Source: an uncultured Bifidobacterium sp. (GTDB taxonomy: Bacteria > Actinomycetota > Acidimicrobiia > Acidimicrobiales > Ilumatobacteraceae). Taken from it: 45,272 bases of DNA. The stretch covers positions 1 to 45,272 of the forward strand of contig CAYXRQ010000001.1 in the NCBI GenBank assembly GCA_964466765.1, given 5' to 3'. The translations under genes were made by a program, and so were the position numbers. The first letter of the stretch is position 1; each line of letters starts with the position of its first letter. The notes under the pieces were generated by a model, which saw only the letters and a program-made list of their open reading frames with translations, made no database searches and was not told the origin of the DNA. Shown here in pieces: positions 29,393 through 39,326 of the stretch.

Positions 29393-29590
29393 ATGCAGGA
29401 ACGGGCCAAGAAGCACTCTCCGGCAGAGCGAGTCGACGAGGAGACGGGTTCCGCGCCGCCGGCCGCACCGAGCGACGCGGGCGAGCGCATCAAGGCCGAG
29501 CTCGACGACATCCTCGACGAGATCGACGGCGTGCTCGAGGAGAACGCCGAGGAATTCGTGAAGAACTACGTGCAGAAGGGCGGCGAGTGA
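29393..29590 (+). CDS. pup: prokaryotic ubiquitin-like protein Pup (GGE C-terminus)
   Basis: 65 aa from the ATG at 29393. It has a disordered N-terminal half and then LDEIDGVLEENAEEFVKNYVQKGGE. Confidence 0.93.
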   Translation: MQERAKKHSPAERVDEETGSAPPAAPSDAGERIKAELDDILDEIDGVLEENAEEFVKNYVQKGGE

Positions 29591-30372
29591 CCGTGCAGCT
29601 GCCGCGGTTCGCACAGGGGAACGATCCCGGCCCGAGTTTCGTGGACCTGCTGAAGCACTCGGGCCTCTCGCCGTTCAGCGCGCCCGCCTCAGAGATCGAC
29701 GTCCCGCACGGCACCACATGCCTCGCGCTTCGTTTCGCCGACGGAGTGCTCATCGCCGGTGACCGCCGGGCCACGGCAGGGAACCTCATCCGCAGCAGGC
29801 ACATGGACAAGGTCGTGCAGGCCGACACGTACAGCGGCGTGGCGTTCTCGGGGGCCGCCGGGCCCTCGATGGAGATGATCAAGCTCTTCCAGCTCCAGCT
29901 CGAGCACTACGAGAAGATGGAGGGCAAGTCCCTCTCCCTCGAGGGCAAGGCGAACCAACTGAGCGCGATGATCCGTGAGAACATGCCCGCCGCCATGCAG
30001 GGTCTCGCGGTCCTGCCGCTCTTCGCCGGGTTCGAGCCAGCCGACGGGTCGGGCCACATCTGGGACTTCGACGTCACGGGCGGGCGCTATGAGGAGCGCG
30101 AGCACGTGACCATCGGCAGCGGAGGCACGCACGCAGGCACCGTCCTGAAGGTCGGCTGGCGCAGCACCCTCGACAGGGGGGCCGCAGTGACCCTCGCCTG
30201 CAGGGCCCTCTGGGAGGCGGCCGAGGCGGATGCCGCCACCGGTCGTCCCGATTTCCTCCGTGGCCTGTACCCGATCATGGCGACCATCGGAGCGTCCGGA
30301 TGGAGCACCGTCCCGGATGCCGAGCTCGAGACGGTCTTCCGTTCGATCGAGGAGGAGGTGCGCACGCGATGA
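29587..30372 (+). CDS. prcB: 20S proteasome beta subunit PrcB
   Basis: The GTG start overlaps the pup TGA (GTGA). A ~42-aa propeptide ends in HG, followed by the catalytic Thr (TTCLALRF). Confidence 0.93.
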   Translation: MTVQLPRFAQGNDPGPSFVDLLKHSGLSPFSAPASEIDVPHGTTCLALRFADGVLIAGDRRATAGNLIRSRHMDKVVQADTYSGVAFSGAAGPSMEMIKLFQLQLEHYEKMEGKSLSLEGKANQLSAMIRENMPAAMQGLAVLPLFAGFEPADGSGHIWDFDVTGGRYEEREHVTIGSGGTHAGTVLKVGWRSTLDRGAAVTLACRALWEAAEADAATGRPDFLRGLYPIMATIGASGWSTVPDAELETVFRSIEEEVRTR

Positions 30373-31046
30373 GCATGCCCTTCTACGTCCCGCCCGAGCA
30401 GCTGATGAAGGACCGGGCCGATTTCGCCCGCAAGGGAATCGCCAGGGGACGCTCGCTGGTGGCGATCGAGAGCGACGAGGGAATCGTCATCGTCGCCGAG
30501 AATCCCTCCACCACGCTGCGCAAGATCAGCGAGATCTACGACCGCATCGCGTTCGCGGCCGTCGGCAAGTACAACGAGTTCGACCAGCTGCGCATCGGGG
30601 GCGTTCGGGCGGCAGACATGCTCGGCTTCCGGTACTCGCGGCGCGACGTGGAGGCACGCAGTCTTGCCAACCAGTACGCGCAGGCGATCGGACATGAGTT
30701 CACGTCCGGCGTGAAGCCCCTCGAGGTCGAACTGCTCGTCGCGGAGGTCGGGGAGGACCGCAGCGGCGACCGCCTGTTCCATGTCTCCTTCGAGGGCACA
30801 GTGATCGACGAGGACGGCTTCTGCGTGCTCGGAGGAGATTCCGAGCTGGTCTCGGGGCGCCTGCGCGACAACGGCCCGTCCGACGGGACCATGCAGGCCG
30901 CTCTCCGCGCCGCGGTCGCCGCTCTCGCCGGCCCCGACCGCACCCTCGTCTCGCGTGACCTCGAGGTCGCGTGTCTCACGAGAGCCGACCGCAGACGGCG
31001 ATTCGAGCGCATCGAGCCCGCGGCGGTCGAGCGCCTGCTCGCCTGA
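30369..31046 (+). CDS. prcA: 20S proteasome alpha subunit PrcA
   Basis: The ATG overlaps the prcB TGA (ATGA). [29 protein letters not shown] is the typical bacterial alpha-subunit N-terminus; 225 aa. Confidence 0.93.
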   Translation: MSMPFYVPPEQLMKDRADFARKGIARGRSLVAIESDEGIVIVAENPSTTLRKISEIYDRIAFAAVGKYNEFDQLRIGGVRAADMLGFRYSRRDVEARSLANQYAQAIGHEFTSGVKPLEVELLVAEVGEDRSGDRLFHVSFEGTVIDEDGFCVLGGDSELVSGRLRDNGPSDGTMQAALRAAVAALAGPDRTLVSRDLEVACLTRADRRRRFERIEPAAVERLLA

Positions 31047-31048
31047 CC

Positions 31049-32413
31049 GTGGAACCACGGATCTACGGCCTCGAGACCGAGTACGGGATCACCTGCACCC
31101 TGAAGGGCCAGCGACGGCTCACGCCGGACGAGGTCGCGAGATACCTCTTCCGCAGCGTCGTGCAGTGGGGCCGCAGCTCGAACGTCTTCCTCGAGAACGG
31201 CGGGCGGCTGTACCTGGACGTCGGCTCCCACCCCGAGTTCGCCACGCCCGAGTGCGACAGCATCGTCGACGCGTGCCGTTACGAGAAGGCAGGGGAACTC
31301 ATCCTCAACGACCTCGTGGAGAACGCAGAGAGGCGCATGCGCGATGAGGGAATCCGCGGGACGATCCACCTTTTCAAGAACAACACCGACTCGGCCGGCA
31401 ACAGCTACGGCTGCCACGAGAACTTCCTGACCCGGCGCTCCACGGAGCCCACTGACTACGAGGCACAGTTCATCCCGTTCCTGGTGTCCCGCCAGTTGAC
31501 ATCGGGGGCAGGCAAGATCGTGAGCACCGGCAGGGGACCCGTGTTCTGCCTGTCCCAACGGGCCGAACACATCTGGGAGGGCGTGTCGTCAGCGACCACG
31601 CGGTCGCGTCCGATCATCAACACGAGGGACGAGCCCCACGCGGACGCAGAGACCTACAGGCGGCTCCACGTCATCGTGGGGGACTCCAACATGTCCGACG
31701 ACTCGAACGTGCTGAAGGTCGGCACCGCCGCGATCGTGCTGCGGATGCTCGAGGACCCGTCGTTCCGCATGCGTGACATCACCCTGGAGAGCCCGATACG
31801 CGCGATCCGCGAGATCAGTCTCGACACCACGGGAAGGCGCCCCGTGCGCCTGTCGAACGGCCGCGAGATGTCCGCCCTCGACATCCAGATGTTCTTCCTC
31901 GAGCATGCCGAGGACTTCGCCGCGACGCGCGGGCTCACGCCCGAGGAGTCCGGCGTGCTCGGCCTGTGGCGGTCCACTGTCGACTCCCTCGAGTCGGATC
32001 CCGACAGCCTGGGGGACTCCCTCGACTGGGCCATCAAGAGGAGGGTCATCACCGCGTTCGCGGAGAGGCACTCGCTCCCGCTCGACGCCCCGGAGGTGCT
32101 GGCACTCGACCTCCAGTACCACGACATCGACAGGGACAGGGGGGTGTTCAACCTGCTCGCACGGAGGGGCGCGGTGCGGCGCTCGATCCCCGTTGACGAC
32201 GTCGAGTCCGCGAAGAGCACTGCCCCGAAGAACACACGCGCGAGGCTCAGGGGGGAGTTCCTGCGGAACGCCCGCGAGGCAGGCCGGGACGTCACGGTCG
32301 ACTGGGTCCACCTGAAGATCAACGACCAGGCGCAGAGGACCGTCGCCTGCAAGGACCCGTTCAGGTCGGTGGACGACCGCGTGGACAAACTGATCGACGC
32401 ATTGCGGGGCTGA
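31049..32413 (+). CDS. pafA: Pup-protein ligase PafA
   Basis: GTG start 2 nt after the prcA stop. [11 protein letters not shown]-terminus; 454 aa; paralogous to the upstream Dop. Confidence 0.93.
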   Translation: MEPRIYGLETEYGITCTLKGQRRLTPDEVARYLFRSVVQWGRSSNVFLENGGRLYLDVGSHPEFATPECDSIVDACRYEKAGELILNDLVENAERRMRDEGIRGTIHLFKNNTDSAGNSYGCHENFLTRRSTEPTDYEAQFIPFLVSRQLTSGAGKIVSTGRGPVFCLSQRAEHIWEGVSSATTRSRPIINTRDEPHADAETYRRLHVIVGDSNMSDDSNVLKVGTAAIVLRMLEDPSFRMRDITLESPIRAIREISLDTTGRRPVRLSNGREMSALDIQMFFLEHAEDFAATRGLTPEESGVLGLWRSTVDSLESDPDSLGDSLDWAIKRRVITAFAERHSLPLDAPEVLALDLQYHDIDRDRGVFNLLARRGAVRRSIPVDDVESAKSTAPKNTRARLRGEFLRNAREAGRDVTVDWVHLKINDQAQRTVACKDPFRSVDDRVDKLIDALRG

Positions 32414-32443
32414 GCTGCGGCAGCAAAGTAGCGTGGGTCGCTC

Positions 32444-33070
32444 ATGAGTGACACCGGCGACGCCACCGACAGTGGGCCAGCCCCACAGGAGGGGGAGGCC
32501 CCGGCTGTGCGTCCCAGCGTGTCGAAGGTCGTGCGGGACTGGTTGGTCGTCATCGCCGTCGCTCTGGGTGCCGCGATGCTGGTCCGGATGTACGTGCTGC
32601 AGCAGTTCTACATCAGCGGGCCCTCCATGGAGACCACGATGTTCACTGACAACCGCGTCCTGGTGAACAAGCTCAGCTACCGGCTCCACGACATCAGGCG
32701 TGGGGACGTGGTCGTCTTCGACCGCGTCACGATGAACGGCAACACGGTCGCCCACGACGACCTCATCAAGCGTGTGGTGGCGCTCTCCGGCGAGGCGATC
32801 GAGATCAAGAACTGCGACGTGTACATCAACGACACGAAACTCGCGGAGGACTACCTGCCGGAGAACGACGTCTCCAACCCGGACCCGTCCGCGCGTTGCC
32901 GCGTCGTCTCCATGCGCCGGATCACCGTCCCGGAGGGGCACGTGTTCGTGATGGGCGACAACCGGCCGGAGTCGTTCGACAGCCGTTCCTTCGGCTCGAT
33001 CCCTGAGTCCCTCGTGATCGGACGGGCGTTCGCGGTCGTGTGGCCGCTCGGGAGCATCAAGGGGCTGTGA
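32444..33070 (+). CDS. lepB: signal peptidase I
   Basis: N-terminal TM span, Ser box SGPSMETTM, Lys box DLIKRVVAL and GDNRPESFDSR. Confidence 0.9.
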   Translation: MSDTGDATDSGPAPQEGEAPAVRPSVSKVVRDWLVVIAVALGAAMLVRMYVLQQFYISGPSMETTMFTDNRVLVNKLSYRLHDIRRGDVVVFDRVTMNGNTVAHDDLIKRVVALSGEAIEIKNCDVYINDTKLAEDYLPENDVSNPDPSARCRVVSMRRITVPEGHVFVMGDNRPESFDSRSFGSIPESLVIGRAFAVVWPLGSIKGL

Positions 33071-33800
33071 CGGGCAGCGAGGGCGTGCCGACCTCACGGC
33101 CGTAGGCCTCCACCATCATGTCGACCCGGTCGCTGTAGACCCCGTCGAGACCCATCCTGAGCGCGTTGGTCATCGGCTCCTCGTGCTGGAGGTCCCACCC
33201 GAACGCATTGAGACCGAACCTGTGGCACAGCACCGCCTGCCCGCCGGTCCACTCCGTGTGGTGCAGGTTCACCGTGTCGATGCCGGCGGCGACGAGGCGC
33301 GCGCAATGGAGCTCGAGGCTCGTGCCGAGGCGGGAGATGCGGGTGGAGTGCACCAGGTGGGCGCCGGGGACGGAACCGGCGCATGATTCCAGAACCTCCA
33401 CCGAGGGACTGCAGAGCCACAGGTTCGTCGGGTCGAACGTGCTCCTCTTCACGGCTGCGGCGAGAGGCGCGGCAACGGCCGGGTCCTTGATGTCAAGGCT
33501 GAGGTGGTAGTTCGTCCCGTGCTCGGCGAACAGGTCATCGAGCGAGGGAATGTGCCCGGGCAGTTCGGTCCGTGCGACAGACGACACCGGGACGTTCCTC
33601 AGGCGCCTGCGCACCACCCCGTCGTGGTCGAGAACGACAATCCCGTCCGCGGTCAGCCACGCATCGGACTCGATGCCGTTCGCACCTAGTTTCAGCGCCA
33701 GCCCGAAGGCAGCAAGCGTGTTCTCCGGGGCATGGGCACTCGCGCCCCTGTGCCCGAACGCGACAGGGACGGTGCGCAGTGAGGGGAGGCGTTGCTGCAC
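33057..33800 (-). CDS. glycerophosphodiester phosphodiesterase family protein
   Basis: AFGHRGASAHAPENTLAAF N-terminal GDPD signature; 247 aa. Its 3' end overlaps lepB by 14 nt (convergent). Confidence 0.88.
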   Translation of the reverse strand: MQQRLPSLRTVPVAFGHRGASAHAPENTLAAFGLALKLGANGIESDAWLTADGIVVLDHDGVVRRRLRNVPVSSVARTELPGHIPSLDDLFAEHGTNYHLSLDIKDPAVAAPLAAAVKRSTFDPTNLWLCSPSVEVLESCAGSVPGAHLVHSTRISRLGTSLELHCARLVAAGIDTVNLHHTEWTGGQAVLCHRFGLNAFGWDLQHEEPMTNALRMGLDGVYSDRVDMMVEAYGREVGTPSLPVTAP

Positions 33801-33836
33801 GGGGTCATGCTAGGTCGCGGCTCCTATGCTGATGCC

Positions 33837-34148
33837 GTGTTCAACCTCGGCGGCGGAGAGATCGTGTTCCTGCTGATCGCCGGCCTCGTGGTGCTCGGTC
33901 CGGAGAGGCTGCCGTCCGTCCTGCGGACCGTGGGAAAGACCTACGGGGAACTGCGCCGCATGGCACGCGGCTTCGAGCAGGAGATGAAATCAGGGTTCGA
34001 GGAACCATTGAAGGAGATCAAGCGGACCGCCGAGGGGATCACGAAGACGGCGTTCGGCGAGATCGACACGGAGCCCTCACCGCCCATGCGGGGGGAGCAG
34101 GCTGTTCTCCCTCCCCAGGACGAGCCGGGGAAGCAACCGGATGAGTGA
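33837..34148 (+). CDS. tatB: twin-arginine translocase TatA/TatB family subunit (TatB-like GPERLP motif)
   Basis: FNLGGGEIVFLLIAGLVVLGPERLP followed by an amphipathic helix. I chose the GTG at 33837; the ATG at 33807 is an alternative. Its 3' end overlaps tatC by 8 nt. Confidence 0.8.
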   Translation: MFNLGGGEIVFLLIAGLVVLGPERLPSVLRTVGKTYGELRRMARGFEQEMKSGFEEPLKEIKRTAEGITKTAFGEIDTEPSPPMRGEQAVLPPQDEPGKQPDE

Positions 34149-34893
34149 GCCAGCGGGCGGGATGACCGTCATCGACCACCTGCGCGAGCTCCGTTCGCGG
34201 ATCATCCGCAGCATTCTCGCCGTGGCCGCCGGGATGACCGGCTTGCTCGTGTGGTACGACCCGATGAAGAACCTGCTCACGAAGCCCTACGTCAACCTGT
34301 GCGCGGCGAACCCAGCGTTCGGGTGCGACGGGAGCCTGTACTCACTCGGCCCCCTGGACGGCTTCAGCGCACGTGTGAGGATCTCCGCCTACGGCGGGAT
34401 CGTGCTCGCCCTGCCCGTGATCCTCTGGCAGGTCTGGCGGTTCATCGTGCCGGCTCTCGAGAAGCGTGAGAAGCGGTATGCCGTGCCGTTCATCATGTCG
34501 TCACTGGTCCTGTTCGCAGTGGGGTGCGTCCTCGCGTACTGGACCCTCGACCGCACGCTCGACTTTCTCATCAGCTGGTCCGGCGACGACGTGAACCAGG
34601 CGTTCCAGGTCACGAAGTACATGAACCTCGTGGTCCTGATGATGCTCTCGTTCGGGGTGGGCTTCCTCAGCCCCGTCCTCATCGTCTTCCTCCAGTTGGT
34701 CGGGGTCGTGCGGCCCCAGACGCTGCTGCGCCAGTGGAGATACGCGGTCCTCTCCATCTTCGTGGTGTCGGCGGTCATTACCCCCGACGGGAGCCCTGTC
34801 AGCCTGCTGGTGCTGGCGCCCCCGCTGACGCTCCTGTACATGCTGGCGGTCCTCATCGGGTGGCTCCTCGTGCGGAAACGCCCTGCGGCGTGA
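34141..34893 (+). CDS. tatC: twin-arginine translocase subunit TatC
   Basis: 250 aa with six hydrophobic spans and the typical N-terminus MTVIDHLRELRSRII. Confidence 0.93.
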   Translation: MSEPAGGMTVIDHLRELRSRIIRSILAVAAGMTGLLVWYDPMKNLLTKPYVNLCAANPAFGCDGSLYSLGPLDGFSARVRISAYGGIVLALPVILWQVWRFIVPALEKREKRYAVPFIMSSLVLFAVGCVLAYWTLDRTLDFLISWSGDDVNQAFQVTKYMNLVVLMMLSFGVGFLSPVLIVFLQLVGVVRPQTLLRQWRYAVLSIFVVSAVITPDGSPVSLLVLAPPLTLLYMLAVLIGWLLVRKRPAA

Positions 34894-37433
34894 GTGCAGG
34901 GCGCGACTCCTTCACCGCGGCCCTGCCGTACTCGCCCGACCGTTTCCAGACGGAGGCGATGGACGCACTGGACAACGACTCCTCGGTGCTCGTCGCCGCA
35001 CCCACTGGCTCGGGCAAGACTCTCATCGCGGAGTACGCGGTGCACCGGGCCCTGACGAGGGGACAACGGGCCTTCTACACGGCGCCCATCAAGGCACTGA
35101 GCAACCAGAAGTACCGTGACCTGTGCGCCATCCACGGTGCCGGCCGCGTGGGGCTCGTCACGGGGGACAACGCGGTGAACGCCGAGGCCGACGTCGTCGT
35201 GATGACGACCGAGGTACTGAGGAACATGATCTACGCATCGTCGTCGCGGCTCGACAGGCTCGGTGCCGTCATCCTGGACGAGGTCCACTTCCTCCAGGAT
35301 GCATACCGAGGCCCCGTGTGGGAGGAAGTGATCATCCAGCTCGACCCGACGGTCCAGCTCGTCTGCCTCTCGGCCACGGTGTCGAACGCCGACGAAGTGG
35401 GCGAGTGGCTGACGACGGTGAGGGGCCACACGAAGGTCGTCACGGAGTCCCGGCGCCCGGTCGAGCTGCTGACGCACCACGCCCTCTACGACTCGTCGAA
35501 CGGCAGGGTGCAGATGCACGACACGATCGTCAACGGCGAGCCGAACCGGAACCTGGAGCGCATCCTCGCGACGGCACGCTCCCTCCCCCCGAGGGGACAG
35601 GGGGGCAAGAGGCCGAGACGCCGCTTCGCGACCCCGACGAGGCCGGAGACCGTGGAGCTGCTGGAGGACAACGACATGCTCCCGGCGATCATCTTCATCT
35701 TCAGCCGCGCCCAGTGCGAGGACGCAGTCAAGTCGTGCATGTCGGCCGGGATCGTGCTGACGACCCGTGACGAGGAGGACGAGATCGTCGCCATCGTCGA
35801 CCGGCATGTGGACTCCCTCACCCCGTCCGACCGGCGGGCGCTCGGGTACGACGAGTTCCTGGACAGGATCGGGAGCGGGATCGCCTGTCACCACGCCGGG
35901 ATGATCCCGATGTTCAAGGAAGCAGTGGAGGAGTGCTTCGTCCGCGGCCTCGTGAAGGTCGTCTTCGCCACCGAGACGCTCGCGGTGGGCATCAACATGC
36001 CGGCCCGCGCAGTGGTCATCGAGAAACTGACGAAGTACACGGGCGAGCACCACGTGCTGCTGCGGGCGTCGGAGTACACCCAGCTCACCGGCCGCGCCGG
36101 CAGGAGGGGCCTCGACCGAATCGGGCACGCCGTGACCCTGTGGAACCCATTCGTCACATTCGACCAGACAGCGGGTCTCGCGCTCAGCAGGTCATTCCGC
36201 CTCTCATCGGCGTTCCGACCGACCTTCAACATGGCCGTGAACATGATCCGCCGTCACTCGCGCGAGGCGGCCACCCATTTCCTCAACCTGTCGTTCGCCC
36301 AGTTCCAGACGGACCGCGACGTCGTGACGTCCGAGGCGGTGCTGGAGCGGAAGCGGCGCGAGCTGGCCCGCCTGGAGATGACGCAACCCGAGCTGACGGA
36401 GTCCTTCCTGGAGGCGGAGGAGGAGTCCGTCGGCGACGTGGAGGCCGAGATTGCGCTGAGGTCGCTGCGGCCAGGTGACGTGGTCGTATTCGACGCGTCC
36501 AACCTGAGGGGCAGGGGAGTCGTCATCAGCACGGCGGCCCGACGGTCCGGGATGAGACTCACCGTCCTCACGCCGTCCCGCAAGCAGATCGACATCACCG
36601 CCCGCGACCTCCTCTCGGTGCCCGTCAAGGGCGGGAGCATCGTCCTGCCGGTGCCGTTCGAGCCCGCCACTGCGGAGTTCGTGCGCGAGGCAGTGGCGAG
36701 GCTGGTGAAGGCGCGCATAGACGAGGACGTGACGACCCCACGGGTGGGCAGGTCGGGCCGGCCGAGGCGCGACGTCGTCGACTCGTCGCGGAGCCTGAGG
36801 CGCCTGCGCAAGGAGATCGAGCAGCTCGAGCAGCGTCCCTCCGCGCGGGCGGGATCCGTGAACCAGAGGTTCATGGACGTGGTGGAGCTCCTCGAGGAGC
36901 TCGGGTACGTCGAGGGGTGGTCCCTCACCGACAAGGGGCACGTGCTCGCGGGAGTGTTCCACGAGAGCGACCTCATGGTCACGGAGGTCATCACGGGCGG
37001 CATCCTGGAGAAGCTGTCAGTCCCGGACCTCGTCGCCTGCGTCTCGTGCCTGGTGTTCGAGCCGAGGGGAGGGGACTCCGGCCACGTCCGCTGGCCGAAC
37101 GACACGGTGCGCAACAGGTTCAAGCGGATGGAGAAGACCAGCACCAGACTCAACGCACTGCAGCGGGAGCGTGGGATCCAGATGCACCGCAGTCCGCATG
37201 CAGGTCTCGCGATGGACGCGATGCGGTGGGCCCAGGGGAGCCCGCTCTCCGACGTGCTCGACCCAGAACTCACTCCGGGTGACTTCGTGAGGTCCATGCG
37301 CCAGATCATCGACCTGCTCCGCCAGATCGAGACTGTTTCACCGGGCCAGGACCTGCGGGCCTCCGCGGCGGCGGCGGCACGCGCCGTAAACCGCAGCGTC
37401 GTCGCGGCGGCGGCAGGGGAGAGCGCGCCGTGA
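34890..37433 (+). CDS. helY: Ski2-like DEAD/DEAH-box RNA helicase HelY
   Basis: The GTG start overlaps the tatC TGA (GTGA). Motifs AAPTGSGKT, DEVH, SAT and HHAGM, with a long C-terminal DSHCT-like region; 847 aa. Confidence 0.92.
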   Translation: MSAGRDSFTAALPYSPDRFQTEAMDALDNDSSVLVAAPTGSGKTLIAEYAVHRALTRGQRAFYTAPIKALSNQKYRDLCAIHGAGRVGLVTGDNAVNAEADVVVMTTEVLRNMIYASSSRLDRLGAVILDEVHFLQDAYRGPVWEEVIIQLDPTVQLVCLSATVSNADEVGEWLTTVRGHTKVVTESRRPVELLTHHALYDSSNGRVQMHDTIVNGEPNRNLERILATARSLPPRGQGGKRPRRRFATPTRPETVELLEDNDMLPAIIFIFSRAQCEDAVKSCMSAGIVLTTRDEEDEIVAIVDRHVDSLTPSDRRALGYDEFLDRIGSGIACHHAGMIPMFKEAVEECFVRGLVKVVFATETLAVGINMPARAVVIEKLTKYTGEHHVLLRASEYTQLTGRAGRRGLDRIGHAVTLWNPFVTFDQTAGLALSRSFRLSSAFRPTFNMAVNMIRRHSREAATHFLNLSFAQFQTDRDVVTSEAVLERKRRELARLEMTQPELTESFLEAEEESVGDVEAEIALRSLRPGDVVVFDASNLRGRGVVISTAARRSGMRLTVLTPSRKQIDITARDLLSVPVKGGSIVLPVPFEPATAEFVREAVARLVKARIDEDVTTPRVGRSGRPRRDVVDSSRSLRRLRKEIEQLEQRPSARAGSVNQRFMDVVELLEELGYVEGWSLTDKGHVLAGVFHESDLMVTEVITGGILEKLSVPDLVACVSCLVFEPRGGDSGHVRWPNDTVRNRFKRMEKTSTRLNALQRERGIQMHRSPHAGLAMDAMRWAQGSPLSDVLDPELTPGDFVRSMRQIIDLLRQIETVSPGQDLRASAAAAARAVNRSVVAAAAGESAP

Positions 37434-38029
37434 CCATCCGCAAGGGAGAGGAGTGGGGCCGCACCGACACCGTCCCGGATGCCGCGGTCCCCGCGGTCGA
37501 TGACGCATCAGCGGCTGCAGCGTGGTCCAACGGTGACGTCCCGTTGCTGCGGGGCGGGAATCTCCACTCGTCGCTCGGCACTCCGGCCCCGAAGAAGCCG
37601 GGAGACGGGTGCATGAGGTTCCCGGTCGATGCTCTCGAGGTCACGGTGTCGGTCGGCGGCGGCACGGAGACGGTGGTGGCTGCGTCCGATGTCGTGGTGG
37701 GACGTTGGATGTCCGGCGACTTCACCTTGGTGTCGGCCAACGGACGGTGGGCAGGTCTCGACGTCACCCCGAGAGCCCATCCGAACGACGGCTTCCTCCA
37801 TGTCCTGTCGATACCGCGCCGCGTCCGCCTGCGCCAGCGCATGGCAGCCAGGAGACGGGCGCTGCTCGGGACGCACGTGCCCCACCCGGACATCACCGTG
37901 ACGAGAGGGGAGTCCTTCACCGTGGGGAACACATCCCGCCGTCGCCTGCTGGTGGACGGCCGCAGGTGGGCCCGATGGGAGTCCGTGTCCGTGCGCGTCC
38001 TGCCCGACCACGCAGAGGTGCTCGCGTGA
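37430..38029 (+). CDS. hypothetical protein resembling only the C-terminal accessory half of DAG/lipid kinases
   Basis: The GTG start overlaps the helY TGA. The pattern TPRAHPNDGFLHVLSI...GTHVPHPDITV...LLVDGR resembles the YegS/DAGK accessory domain, but no GGDG catalytic domain is present. The resemblance is judged by eye. Confidence 0.55.
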   Translation: MTIRKGEEWGRTDTVPDAAVPAVDDASAAAAWSNGDVPLLRGGNLHSSLGTPAPKKPGDGCMRFPVDALEVTVSVGGGTETVVAASDVVVGRWMSGDFTLVSANGRWAGLDVTPRAHPNDGFLHVLSIPRRVRLRQRMAARRRALLGTHVPHPDITVTRGESFTVGNTSRRRLLVDGRRWARWESVSVRVLPDHAEVLA

Positions 38030-38068
38030 CGGGCCTAGCGTGTGCGGAGGCCGGGAAGGGAGGCGCCG

Positions 38069-39280
38069 ATGACTGATCTGGGCAGCAAGGACGTGCAGGC
38101 GATCAAGGACGAGGTCCGTTCCCGCATCATGGCCATGGCTCCCGTGCTCGTCGAGACGAGCCGCGCGATCCACGCACGACCGGAACTGAACTTCGAGGAG
38201 CACTTCGCGTGCGACCTGCTGGTGCGCACGTCGGAGAGTCTCGGCCTGCCGGTCGAGGCAGGGGCCCACGGTTCGGTGACCGGTTTCGCGGGCGATGCAG
38301 GCTCAGGTCCGACCGTCTGCGTGATGTCCGAGTACGACGCGCTCCCGGGCATCGGCCACGGCTGCGGGCACAACGTGATTGCCGCCGCAGGACTCGGTGC
38401 GGCCGCTGCACTCGCGGCAGTCGCGGATGCGTGCGGCGGGAGGGTGCGGTACCTGGGCACACCCGCAGAGGAGGGCGGCGGGGGCAAAATCGTCATGGCG
38501 AGGAACGGGGCCCTCGACGGCGTCGATGTCGCGATGATGGTGCATTCAGCCGACGCCGACCTGACCACGATCGACGCCATCGCCCTGCAGCAGCTTCAGG
38601 TGCGCTACCACGGGAGGGAGTCTCACGCGGCGGCTGCCCCGCACATGGGCCGCAATGCCCTCGACGCGGCCGTGCTCGGCTACATGGGCGTGGCCGCCCT
38701 GCGCCAGCACATCATGCCCACCGAGCGCGTCCACGGGATCTTCACCGAGGCCGGGGAGAAGCCGAACATCGTTCCCAGGCATGCGGCGATGGAGTGGTAC
38801 GTCCGCTCGGACGATGTCACCAGTCTCGCGGAACTGAAGGAGCGCGTCCTCACGGCGCTCGCTGCCGGTGCGCACGCATGCGGCTGCACGATGGACCACG
38901 AGTGGTTCGGCCCGATGTACGCGGACATGGTGACGAACCCGCACCTCAGTGCTGCGTACGCCGCGAATGCCGCGCTCACGGGCAGGACCGTGAGCGACCC
39001 GCGGGTGTCCGGGAAGCGTGTCGTCGGCAGCACGGACATGGGCAACATCAGCCATCTCGTGCCGTCGATCCACCCGATGATCGCGTGCGCTCCCACCGGG
39101 ACCGCGATCCACACGGAGGCCTTCGCGGCGTGCGCGGCGTCGGCCGCCGCCGATGCGGCAGTCGTCGACGGGGCGCTCATCATGGCCCTCACGGCGGTCG
39201 ACTTCTGGCTCTCCGAGGGGCTGCGTGCCGACGTCAGGGAGGACTTCGAGAGGACCAAGCCGGACAAGGACGTCCTCTAG
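38069..39280 (+). CDS. M20 family amidohydrolase/metallopeptidase (M20D-like)
   Basis: ATG at 38069 with a strong GGGAAGGGAGG Shine-Dalgarno upstream. Motifs HARPELNFEE, GHGCGHN and PAEEGGGGK. Confidence 0.88.
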   Translation: MTDLGSKDVQAIKDEVRSRIMAMAPVLVETSRAIHARPELNFEEHFACDLLVRTSESLGLPVEAGAHGSVTGFAGDAGSGPTVCVMSEYDALPGIGHGCGHNVIAAAGLGAAAALAAVADACGGRVRYLGTPAEEGGGGKIVMARNGALDGVDVAMMVHSADADLTTIDAIALQQLQVRYHGRESHAAAAPHMGRNALDAAVLGYMGVAALRQHIMPTERVHGIFTEAGEKPNIVPRHAAMEWYVRSDDVTSLAELKERVLTALAAGAHACGCTMDHEWFGPMYADMVTNPHLSAAYAANAALTGRTVSDPRVSGKRVVGSTDMGNISHLVPSIHPMIACAPTGTAIHTEAFAACAASAAADAAVVDGALIMALTAVDFWLSEGLRADVREDFERTKPDKDVL

Positions 39281-39326
39281 TCGGTATCCCGAGCCGTCCC
39301 GCCGTCGACTCCTAGCATGGTCTCCT

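Noticed and set aside
31589-36128. Minus-strand ORFs 31589..33097 (502 aa) and 34389..36128 (579 aa)
   Set aside because: They run antisense across pafA/lepB and tatC/helY respectively and cross gene boundaries. Their composition is typical of non-coding frames in GC-rich DNA.
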